Source: Camelus ferus
Lineage: Eukaryota
Assembly (NCBI RefSeq): GCF_009834535.1
Contig: NC_045697.1
Span: forward strand, 79,796,001 to 79,860,000
Direction of reading: 5' to 3'
DNA length: 64,000 bases
The position numbers and the translations under genes are program-made. Shown piece by piece: positions 52,801 to 64,000 of this stretch (its first letter is position 1; each line of letters begins with the position of its first letter). The notes under the pieces are model-generated. The model was not told the origin of the DNA, ran no database searches, and was given only the letters and a program-made list of their open reading frames with translations.

Positions 52801-54809
52801 ACTCTGTTATTTCTTGGCCAGGAGTGCTTGTTCAGCATCCAGTGTGACCAAGTAACTTTGCTCACCTAGAGTACCATGCATACACCTGGAAGATCTCTTG
52901 GTCTCACTCTGGTTTGTTTCTGTCTCTGTAGTTCGAGCTTCCTCTTTTTCTATACTTTATTAAAATTGAAAAACTACATCATTAAAATGGAAAAGTGCCA
53001 ATAGTTATTGAGAATCTCAGTTACCTGGATGCTGCATTGCTTTAGCTTGAATCCAGCACAGCGGGCGAGATCATTGGTTGATACTATGATCATGTGATGA
53101 GATCATCTGATCTTCATATTTAGATAATATCATTAAGCTAGAACCAGAGAAATTGGGGGAATAATGGCATATTTATTCTTGTTCTTCTGTCTCTCTCTCT
53201 CTCTCTTTAATACACAGCTATTGGTCCTCTTCCCTTTTCTACTGCAGATGCTTGTGGCATTGTATAAATATTTACACAGAACAAATACTTGCTAAAAATG
53301 TGGCTGGGTTTTTTAGCTGTATCTTTTTTATTTTCTAGATGCATTTCCACCCCTCCACCTTCCCAACCTGGCCCCATGCACACATAGCCAATTGAGTCAG
53401 TTCTAAATTTTGGTTTGAAAGAAGAAAATACTCTACCTCATAATTATTCCTCGAGGTATATGTAATGGTAATTCATAAAGAAATGAAAAAAAAGGATGGT
53501 TGCCTGTTAGTGGCACCCTGAAACACCATCTCCAGAAAGTAATCTAAAAATCATTATACTTTATTTGCTGATGCCATTTTATAACTTTAAGGGAATACAC
53601 CAGTTGTTTAGACGGATGAGTTTACTGTTTACACTTCCATTTGTAAAGTGTCTTGCAAATGAATCTGTTTATTTGCAAAATTCAGATGAGACCTGCCCCA
53701 GTGGAGATAAAAGCCAACTATATGAGCTTGAAAAAAATAAATAAATTGATGCTGAAAAGACTTTTACTGAAGTAAAAATTATTGAGTATTAAGACAAATC
53801 AATTAGCAGCCCCATATTTGGATTTCATTTTAATACAATTTTATAAACTCCCTGTTAATTAAAATAATATTTGCATTATTATTTTGTACTCCATTAAACA
53901 TCTAAGATAGATTTTAATTAGTTGTAAATTTAAAACATTTTGCATGCTTGACTGTTAGCCCTCTACCAAGTTGTCAGTGGTATGGTTTTTTAAATGGCTG
54001 AATTTATATACTAGGGGACCTAGTTTCAACCTCATTATAAGCAGAATTTATCTTAGAATAAAACATTCAGACTTTGGGCTATAGCCTGGGTAGTTAATAT
54101 TTAAATTATTGTATGTGCCAAAAGTATATGTGTCATATTATGGTAGACTAGGATAAAAAAAAAATTTAAGGAAATGGAGCAAGATTAAGATTAGTTGAAA
54201 CAAACTACTTTAACATTTATTTGCTCAAAAGAATACATGGATAGTCTAGTTTTTTTTAACAGGGATAGGGGCTAATTATTAGCTTATGTTACTTATTTCT
54301 TTGTATGTCTAGATATCTAGTTTATATGCTAAAATCTGAGATTTTTAGACTTGAGAAGGATTCCAGAAGGAGTGATTTCTCACAAACTTGTAAGGCTTTG
54401 TTCTAGAAAGCAGTCTTGAGTATAATATTCTTTACACAACCATATATTATTGCCTAACTGTACTTTTTTTTATTTGAAAAAATTAAATAATTTTCAGAAA
54501 ATCAGTTAAAAAATTCATTCTTGAAAGTAAGGCATGTGTTTAAATGATCTTCCTCATTTAAACTTATGTTTACCAATTATTTTCAAATAAATGGATATGT
54601 TTTCAATTTCTCAGCATGGACAAACCATTCTCTGACCCATTATAATTGCATATGTAATCCGTGTATGCAAAGATTTCTGGATAACAAACTAAATACAATG
54701 TGATTACAAGTACAAATCACAACAGAATAATGTGATCCTGTATAATTGATTATACTCTAGAACTCTCTAAACATGGAAAATTCCAATGACATTTTAAAAA
54801 TTATTATTC

Positions 54810-54892
54810 TTTTAATGGCGGTACTAGGGATCGAACCCAGGACCTTGTGGTGCTAAAACACACACGCACTCTACCACTGAGTTATAGCCCCC
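54810..54892 (-). mobile_element. tRNA-derived SINE (Vic-1 type)
   Basis: Reverse complement reads gggggctataactcagtggtagag...ggttcgatccctagtaccgccattaaaa, with A and B boxes. Confidence 0.85.
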
Positions 54893-55134
54893 ATTTTTTC
54901 ACACTTACATCAGATTGTGTTTATACAGCTTCCTATAACTCCTTCATCAATATGTCAGTACTTCTAGAAACTACTCTAACATAAAGTGGATTGGTGATAT
55001 CTTGAGTTTTGTTCAGACACGTGCTCTTCTTATGTCCTAATGTTCACTTGAGACTAAATAAATCTGTTTAGGCATATCTATTTACATGGGGAAGCCTCCA
55101 TAGAATCATGATTTTTTTAAAAATCCATTTTTCA

Positions 55135-55230
55135 GGGGGAGGCTATAGCTCAGTGGTAGAACACATGCTTAGCATGTACAATGTCCTATGTTCAATCCCC
55201 AGTACCTCCATTAAAAAACAAAAACAAAAA
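55135..55230 (+). mobile_element. tRNA-derived SINE (Vic-1 type)
   Basis: gggggaggctatagctcagtggtagaa...gttcaatccccagtacctccattaaaaaacaaaaacaaaaa, with an imperfect TSD (aaaatccattttt / aaaaacattttc). Confidence 0.88.
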
Positions 55231-58200
55231 CATTTTCTTCTCGTTTTAGACACCTTCTCTCCCCCATTCTTAATTAAATTCAGAAACCTATTCCTGGCTA
55301 GAATAATTCTCGTTATCTAAGTAACTTGCACTGTTAATGGCACTCTTGGCCAGCACTGTAAGTCTGAGTTTTTGTTAGTTTTCAATTACAAAGAACCTCT
55401 CTCAACCACTGAATGGGTGAATAACTACTAGTTCAGTGTTACAGCTGTCGAATTTGTGGGATTGGGCAAAAATAGTCCCAAGTATATGGCTTGAGATAAG
55501 TTTTTAAGAAGGTGGTTAAAAGACAAAATCTTAAAGTAAAAAAGCTACTATTAGTGAGTTTAATTTATTTTTGGAATCTGAACTTTTTAAACACAACCCA
55601 ATGTCATTCTCCCCTTCCCCTTTTTGTTGTGTTAATCTGAATTTATATAAATGTTTTAATCGTTATGAAAACAGAATTCATTGGTGACCTTTATTACCAA
55701 ACTTTAATTTGGTTAAGTTACTTTATTCATCACTGGTGTAAAAGTATGGTATTTCCAGCACATTTTTACATCATAAAGAATACTGAAAATATTTTGTAGA
55801 GTATTATAGGAATCAGTGAAAAATACAAAAAAGTTAAGAATTCTTCTTGCACCATATTTAGTGATTTTTGTGTTTATGTTTTTTCATTATGTTACCCTTT
55901 TTCATTTGTATTTCTCAAAATAATTTCTTCTTCACAAAGAATAATTACTTTTATTCTCAGTGAGAGAGACATTGTATTAAAAATAAGAATAGTACAAAGA
56001 AGGCAATTCCCAAATTTTGGAGTTCTACATAAATTCCTAGTAGAATCATCAACTATTGGAGTGTGAACCTTTTTGCACCAAAGGTGACTTGTGATTTTTA
56101 AATGTATATTGTGGAATATCTCATCAGAGTCATCTAACTCCATTCCCTTCATGATAAATCAGGATCCTGGTGTAGACTGAAAAGGAAAGAAGACCATAAT
56201 CTATATATTTTTAAAGCTCCCTTGGTGATTGTAACCAGAATTGGAAACCACTGCAGTAAATATTTTCATCCTTCCACCAACCCTGACTCTGCACCATCTT
56301 TGAATTTGGAGCAATAACATTTCTGGTTCTAATAATCAGTATGACTCTAAATTGCCATTGAGAAAATTTTTCCATATGTAGATGGGAGACACCCTGGCAA
56401 GCTTTTGACTGTTTAAGGAGACTAATTGGTCTGTATAATAAGCAATTAATTTTGAGTATGGAGAGGAGGAAACTGTTTAAGAGGTACTTTATAAGGCTTC
56501 ATGATCTGCAGTATGACTGTCTCTGCCTTGATGGAATTATCTTTAGGAATGAAACTTGTGTTTCTGATACAAACATAACTAAACCCTGAGAATCGAGGTG
56601 TTATCTAAGCTAATTTCTTTTTTGTTTGGGTGATGTGAATTATTATTATATTAATAAGCTAAATGTTTGAAGGAAAACCACTAAGATGTGATTTAAAATT
56701 TACATCTTAAACAGATTGTGCTGAAGGATTCAGGAAATATTCTAGGGATTTAATTGGTAATTTAGCAGCCATGGAGACCACAAACCTTTAGACATGTCAG
56801 CACTTCTGGAACTCTTAACACAAGTCAACACTACTTTTTGTTATTTGTACTTGATTTTAATAGATTTTCTACGTGTTTAAAATTAGGGAAAATCCACGAA
56901 TGCAGGGAAGGAGGAAGGAATGAACAACTCATAGGTCAATGATCTCTCCCAATTCTTCAGATATTTCCTTTTAAAACTTCTTACTCAACAAGCTCTTATA
57001 ATGCTAGATTTTTTGGCTTGCTTGTTTGTTATGTTTTTGGTTTCTTGCATGAATATTTTACCAACTGCTCTCTCGCTCTCTTCCTGGCTTGCTGCAGCTG
57101 TCAGGGCAGCTGGAAAGGGATTCCCCCCTAGGTTGTAGAGAAGTCTGGGATGGACTTTTCAGCATGAATAGTTGGAATTATCCCTTCTATTTTCCATCAC
57201 TTCATTAGTAGCTTGCAGAAAAAAATCACCTTATTTTTCCCATTGGAACTTCATTGTAATCCAACTTAGCCTTTTTCTAAAGACACCCCTTTATTGTATG
57301 TATATCATTACTCCACTGCTCACATCAGGAGGAACACCTCAGTAGAACACTATGTAGTATTAAGAAGGAGAAATATCAGGAGTACAAAAAATTACTATAA
57401 ACATATCAATCTCTCTTTGGTTAGGGCTATTAGTGTTATTTCATAGTAATAGTTTCACATTAATATATATTTCTTGGCTTTCTCTATATTTTGCATAGAG
57501 ACCTGTGAATTACCAATTTTAACTCACTTGTTTATAGTTTTTCTGCAAAAAAATGTTGAAATCAAAACTGACATCGACCTCTCTTTATGTATGTGTATGT
57601 AATAATGGTTTTTCCAAATGTCTGCTTTTCAGGGGAGCCATTTAATCCTTAGACTAAATTTTTTAAAAATAAATTATACTAGCATCACAAACATCAACTC
57701 TAAGAATCTACTTTAGTTTTGCTATAAATATACAGAAATCAAATATTACTGTTGCATTTGAAACTAAGTTAAGCTGCCACCCTTTTAAGACATTCAGCAT
57801 GACTGCAGGTGGATGTGGAATCTAAGGTTATAAAGAACAGGCAACATACCAGAAAGCTGTTTACTAATTTAATAAGTGATATTTACACAAAATTACCAGA
57901 TTCTTCTAAAGCTCCATGAAAACAAATTCAGGAGGCTTGTGTGTAATTCTGTCTACCAACTGTGACTTTGAGTAAACACCTATAAAATGATAAGGACCTA
58001 AAATCTGTTAGAATTCTTTCTGTTGTATGATTCTGCACCATTTTAAATTATCTTGGCTTCTCTTTATTTTTGTAACTGATTGAGATAGTTCAGTGGCATT
58101 TCCAAGGTTTTCTTCATTTAATAGGAATTTTTTTTTGAGATGCCACCATGTCCCAGACACACTGCATTCATCCAAGAAGCTCTCAGACCACCTTGGGTGA

Positions 58201-59639
58201 TAGGTACTTTCACAAATAACAAGAATAAAATGTTATTTGGGACATTAAGTTGGAATGGATATTGTCTATTTTTGTGTATGTGATGCAAGTTTTCTTTAAT
58301 AGGTCTTGTATTTGTAAGCTCTTATCTGGGAGAAGAAATAATGGAAGGAAATAGTTCCTGTTGTGGTATTTGAAATTTTCTGGAAGTTGTTAAGGCAGGA
58401 TATAGAAAATGAAGTAATCCTATGAAGCTGTGTGGTTCTTTTCGTTTTGTATTTCAGGTACTGATTTGAGTCATTTCACAGGAAGAAGTTTATTGCGGTT
58501 CCCTTATTTTCTATTAGAGCCTCTGAATACTGACCATGCCACGACTTACGAACCCACAGACAAATACCATCATGGTGTTGTTAGTCATTTTACAAAGATC
58601 CAATGGTAGTAATGGTAGCTACCTTTGAACTGCAGGGTGCTGCGGTGAACAAGAGCCCATAGTAAACACATAAGGAAACCTCAGCAATTCACAAACCATT
58701 CAACTGTAGAGCTCAGTGAAAGTAAGACATCTCTTGGTTCTTCCAAGGGTAAGAAATCCAAACTTCCTTCTTATTTATGGCTCCTGCCTCAAACTGGGCC
58801 AGATGCTTAATTAAACTATGTCACATCCTAGCACGACTGAAACCAATGAAGTGAGTGTAAGGAGAATAGGTTACCTGGAAACAGTAACTCCTTTGAGGAA
58901 GAGGTCACTTAGGAAACGGAGCTTTTGTTCAGGGCAGTCACCTACAAAATATGGGGCTGGAGTGTGGGCTTTGAGGGACAGGAATCAAAGACTGGGCATG
59001 GGTAGGGGAGAAAAAAGCCATCTGTGAAAGCACAAGTTGTCATTAATGGGGAGATAGCAGATGGCAAAGGACCCAGTAGCAGATGCCAACCCTATGACTA
59101 CAAACACTTTATCAAAACATATAAAGGACTTTGTCACATAAAACACCCATACCCAGCCATTTAACACAAGAGGCAGTATTTTAGAACTTTCAGCTTTTCT
59201 ACTTGAAAGCAACAATGGAAAGACAGTAGAAGAATTTGTAGTAAGCTAATATAAGAAATTTTTTTTGCCATTGAAGGAAGATTGCTACCTGAGTTGCATG
59301 CCTCTTTAATCGCTGTTATTAGCCTTTACACATAAGCCTTCTGGGTTATGTATTCTATAGTAAATTGTGTAAGAGCTTATGAAACAATTTAGTCACTCCA
59401 ATGATCTTTAAATTTCCATAAAACTCGATTTATCAAGAAACTCAGATAATTATGCTGAAAGTTTTACATTTTCCACTTAGAGTCACCCAGAAGCTCTTTG
59501 AGATTGTACTTGATTATTTCTTTCCTTTCTTGTGTTAGATTAAAAAAAAAAAGCTTATCATGATTCATTTCTTGTCGCTCACCCTCCCTATTTCCAATGT
59601 GAGCTCAGATATAATTGCAGATAGTGCAGCTCCTTGCAT

Positions 59640-60380
59640 CAGATAATTAAGTGAATAACTACTCTGCGCTAAGTTTTATGTTGAGTGTTAAAGATTTTTG
59701 ATTGAGTGAAAAAACACATTTTCTCAAACAACTGCTAGATAGGTGTTCAAGGTTAATAATGTCAATGAGGAAAAAAATTAGAGGATAGTGCTAGATCAGT
59801 GTGCTAGCTTTTGGTTTTTGTGATGGTTGGGCACTTCAGGCTGGGCCTTAGGAGGACAGGTAAGTTTGACTTAGGTGGAGAGACTGTCTCAGAGGACAGG
59901 CCTAGAAGTTGATGAACAGCCTGGCGTGACCTGACCGGAGTGTAGGGCTGGACGGGGATTGGTGGATAGTTGGAAATAAAGCTGGCTACACAGGAGAGCC
60001 TTAGAGCAAGGAAGAGGTGACTGAGCTCAGTGAAGCAAAAAATAAGAAACTGTGGAAAGTTCTGTGATGATGTAAGCTTATGGGGAGGCAGTGGTGCTCG
60101 TGGGGTCACCCCGGAGGCTGTAAAGTAATCCAAGAGATGGGAACAGGGCTTGAATTAGAAGAGTTGCACAGGGAGATCAGTGGGGAGGGAGACAGGGTGG
60201 TTATTAGCACTCAACTGGGAGTAGGGAACAAAAGAGGTGAATGGCATGGCTTTAAGATTATACATTTCAGTGATACTAAAAGTGATTGTATCATTGATAG
60301 AAATGAATTTCAAGTACAATTCAGGGTGGAAAATAAAAATACACTCCTCTATACATGGTGAGTTTGAAATGGTAACAAGA
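59640..60380 (-). mobile_element. Degenerate L2-like sequence
   Basis: Purine-rich strand with degenerate L2-like motifs (tacatggtgagtttgaaatg). Confidence 0.4.
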
Positions 60381-60489
60381 TGATGTCTCTCTTACTTAAA
60401 TACAGAGACTTTACATATAAAGGCCAAAAAGTAAAACTATTTTCTATCTTTCTGTTTTGCTGTAGTGTAAGAAATATTAAAATATGAAA

Positions 60490-60690
60490 TTTAGAGTTGG
60501 AATCCTGCTTTGCTCTACCACGTTCTGGTGATCGGATGCTCAGATTTGGTTTTCTTTTCTGTAAATCCAGGTTTATGATGAACTCTGATTAAATAATATA
60601 TATATATAATATATATGTATATATATTATATATATACAGAGTGGTTGTAAGGACTAAAATGAAACAATGTTTTTGAAAGCACCATGCATT
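60490..60690 (+). mobile_element. MIR interrupted by a (TA)n tract at about 60592-60637
   Basis: gagttggaatcctgctttgctctac...ttttctgtaaa [TA repeat] cagagtggttgtaaggactaaaatgaaacaatg. Confidence 0.65.
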
Positions 60691-60779
60691 TGGTAAAAAT
60701 TACATACTATATCACTAGATTTCCCCCCTCTTTAAATGTGAGAGAAGGAGCAAAGGAAATATACTTATCACTCAAAGGA

Positions 60780-61300
60780 TTAAAAATATCCATGAAGGCA
60801 TCAGTATAAACTCATTGTTTTATACGCACACATATACACATAGATATAAAGAGAAATAGACAGATGTGTTGTGTGTGTATATGTACATACATCTCCTAGC
60901 TATGTCTGCTGAGAGGGCCTTACAGCAATGGCATCTCAGTAGCAATGAGCATATGTAGCCCAGGCCTTTTCTAAATACAGTTTTCCAATATGAGGAACCA
61001 AAACTCCTTGTGAAAATGGCTGAATCAAGTAAGAAAGTGCTTAAAAAATGACGGGGCGTGCCAACCTGAAGGAGCTCCCAGTGACCTACTACAGAGAAAT
61101 TTGAGCAACAAAATAAATAATGAAAGTAATGAATTATAACTGATAGAATAAAATAAATATCCATGAGTCTAATATACTAAAATATATAAATGTACTAATA
61201 GAAATAAATAATTGGATAATTAAATTAATAAGCAAGGAGAAGGGAAATATTTTTCTTACAGTAGAATTTCAATTAACAAATCTGGAAGAAATCATATGAA
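60780..61300 (+). mobile_element. Old L1M (L1MC/MD-like) 3' fragment
   Basis: atctcctagctatgtctgctgagagggcct..agcaatggcatctcagtagcaatgagca...aaatttgagcaacaaaataaataatg. Confidence 0.65.
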
Positions 61301-61477
61301 TTATAATTAAGACAAAGATTCAAAGGTAAACAGCAATCTAGCCTGTTTGATAGTTCAAACTCTCAAAATTTCTATCAGTGAATTGTTATTAGCTACAGAA
61401 TTTATTACTAATTAACTAATTGTGTCTACGTCTTCATGAGGGAAAAACTTAGGAGACACAATTATCTTGTACAGTTT

Positions 61478-61577
61478 ATTTATTTTTTTATTTTTTTTTA
61501 AAAAGTTAAGTGAGGATTTATTAAAGGATGGATAGTACACTCTTGGGGAGAGCGGGCAGGCTCAGGTGAGCGGCTGC
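61478..61577 (-). mobile_element. Short polyadenylated retrocopy (LTR R-region-like) inserted by L1-type TPRT
   Basis: Perfect TSD tatcttgtacagttt (61463-61477 and 61578-61592). On the minus strand a ~78-nt body carries AATAAA 17 nt before an A-rich tail. Confidence 0.8.
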
Positions 61578-64000
61578 TATCTTGTACAGTTTAGAATAAC
61601 TTTTGCTGTCTCTTGAACTCCCAGACACATTCAAAAAAAGAGACTGTTGTATTTTTTTAATTTACTTTAAAGCTATAATGGAATTATAAATGCAAAACAG
61701 AATTGTTTGGGGTTTTTTGTTTTACATATAGTTCTGCATATTTTTACCTAAATTAATATTTTAAAAATGGCACATGCAAAGAACTTATGTATAGTATATC
61801 AATAATATAACTCAAATTACTAGAATTGTATTTTATCCATGATCATGTGATTTTTCAAATATCTGAAGTTGGTCTTAATGAATCACGTGTCTGTCTTATA
61901 CTAAGCATCACTCTCTTGACATAGATGACCTTGACATTGCTGCAATGCTTTTCTTATTTTTCTCATTTTATCCCTGAATCCTTTTTAAAGTTTGTAAAAT
62001 GACCGTAAAATGTCAATTTAAAAGATCTTTGTTTTGGTAATGGGTAGAAGTGTATTTATTTATTTCCTGATGATAAAATAACATTGCAATTAGACATTTG
62101 CTGAGCACTTTTCATCTTCCCGCTGGTGTGCAAAATTATAATTTTCTGTAGTTTGATTACTGGGATAATTGTCCTACTTCTCTGCTTCTTTTTTGTAACT
62201 AAGAAACACCATGAATCTGCAAGGACCTGTATAATACGCTGCTTCTGCTTCAGTGGTGATAATGTATGACCGAGTTGCCCTTTTTCCTCTTAGGCCATGA
62301 GAATTAACTTTCTCTCTGAAATACCATAGTTGAATCTCTGATAATTTTCTGCTCTCCATATACAAGTAGTACTCTCACAGCTCATGACTCACCCCCTGGT
62401 CCCTCCCAGCAGTGCACTCCATTTCTCATTTTAATTAACTTCGTCACCCCATAGCTGAACTAAGTAAAAATTTTCCTTCTGTTTTCTTTACCCGTAGGAA
62501 TTCACTTGCCCACCTCAATCTAGCTTGGTAAAATATTTAGGTATGTAATGTTGGTTCACTCACAACACTAAATTCTTAGTTATAGTCAAATGTATGATGA
62601 TATTGTAAGTTGAGCATGTGTTTTAAACCACCTCCTGCAGAGCACTCGACCACTGATCAGAGACCATACAGGTACTTCTGTTAACATTACATGCATTTTC
62701 TCTATGTAAATAACTGTATGATATAGTGATAACTACATGTGTTTACCTAGGAGGAGTTTAGGTTCTTTCTCTAAGCCTATGGGCTTCAGAGTTTTAATGC
62801 ATGGTGAGAACAGTGTCCTGTGTGGAACAGCCTAATGCCCTGGTGTCAAGGGATTTGATGAGCTTGCTGTGCCCATAATGACGGACGATTTTCTTCCTGA
62901 TACAGGCAATGTCACCATTGCCTAAGACAGAGTAGATTCTAAACATCTAATTACTATTTTTGTGTCCTTAACTCCAATTTGTCATAGATTAGTCTTCTGA
63001 ATCAGATTTAGAAAGCAAATTTGGGTAACTTGTAGAGTGTACCAAGCATAAGCAATTATCACAGAATAGAACAGAACCAGAGGTTTTAATATTTTGTGAA
63101 CAGCTATTCTCAATTGCGTATGTTAACAAGGAAATTAACGATGCTATGAAGGATGGGACAAAGTTTTCTGGAAAAATATTTTTTAACCTTTCCATGTACT
63201 TGTGTATTTAAATGTTAATACACTATATTTGCATCTTAAAGTCACACTAATGTTTAAGACTATAAATTAATAATTTTGTAAACTATTAATTTTACTATTT
63301 TCAATACAAATTTCCTTGTCTTTGTAGGACTTGAAACTTTCCTTTGGGGTGTATGAAGTCTACAAATTAGGCTGGCAACGCTGTCTCATAACTCCTGTTT
63401 GCATTGTTTCTCCCCTTAACCTTGATCCTGTTCAAACTGCAGTGCATATTAATGGCATGTCTAGCTGCCCTAAAGCTTGGCTAAACTCAGTAACTTTCCT
63501 TGCTCTCTCTACCTGCTCTATTTTAATGAATGTCACCCAAGCTCCTGTGATGAGGTGGCTGCAGGCCAGTGACTCAGGCATACAGTTTATTTAGGTATAG
63601 GCTGTTTTCCTGAAATCTGAGTTTCATTCCTTGTGATGCATTTCTGTGTTCCAGTGGTTTATAAAACTTTTGAAGGAGTCCCTCTCCCAATATGTATAGG
63701 TTTCTCCCACTGGAAAGCTGCTAAAAAGCAGGCACATCATTGTAATGCAAAAGTAAAGCAAGGAAGAGTGCAGCTCACTTGGACTTTAAAGGCTGCACAA
63801 GCACCTGTGGCGTATCAGCATATTTTGTAGACTCTCTCAAGTGGGGACCAACCTGCAGGACAGAACACCAAAGGCGCACTTCTGTTGCAACAAGCAGTGT
63901 ATTGTAGCTGAGTATAAAACCTTCTCACATTCCTGCACACTAAAGCGCAGGAGAGTTAAATGGGATCTTTGTGATTGTCCATATCCTGAAGAAGCAGTTT

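Larger units (their letters stand above)
1..64000 (+). other. ANK2: Window lies in the 5' intronic region of ANK2; the ankyrin-repeat exons would be downstream, outside the window
   Basis: Inferred from the alternative first exon and the MIR1243-like segment, which I recall is intronic to human ANK2. No SDSNASFLRAAR-encoding exon is seen in the window. Confidence 0.7.

Noticed and set aside
62904..62923. 8-bp hairpin aggcaatg/cattgcct; similar short palindromes near 3792 and 38000
   Set aside because: Stems of 7-8 bp are expected by chance in 64 kb.
1..64000. CRISPR arrays, operons, rRNA, intact retroviral or L1 ORFs
   Set aside because: None seen. There are no regularly spaced repeats or long ORFs, and the remaining short ORFs fit random expectation for mammalian intronic DNA.

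Overview
AT-rich, CpG-poor mammalian genomic DNA, most likely camelid, judged from Vic-1-type tRNA-derived SINEs and camelid/artiodactyl-type L1 3' ends. The window appears to lie in the long 5' intronic region of ANK2 (ankyrin-B, + strand). The only well-supported coding sequence is a 43-codon alternative first exon (51186-51314, MAHAAASIKK...ERKRK, phase-0 donor), preceded by a promoter-like segment with a CAG/CGG repeat. Also present are an antisense processed PPIA (cyclophilin A) pseudogene with TSDs, a segment resembling the human MIR1243 locus, many old repeats (MIR, L2, MER5, MER102, MLT1, L1M), several young L1-mediated insertions and microsatellites. I see no wholly new multi-gene system. 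The best leads are a young ~78-nt polyadenylated LTR-like retrocopy with a perfect TSD, a candidate unannotated ANK2 first exon, and the PPIA copy whose ORF stays open through compensating frameshifts. Gene and repeat names come from my recall of reference sequences, not from a database search, and the boundaries of old repeats are approximate.
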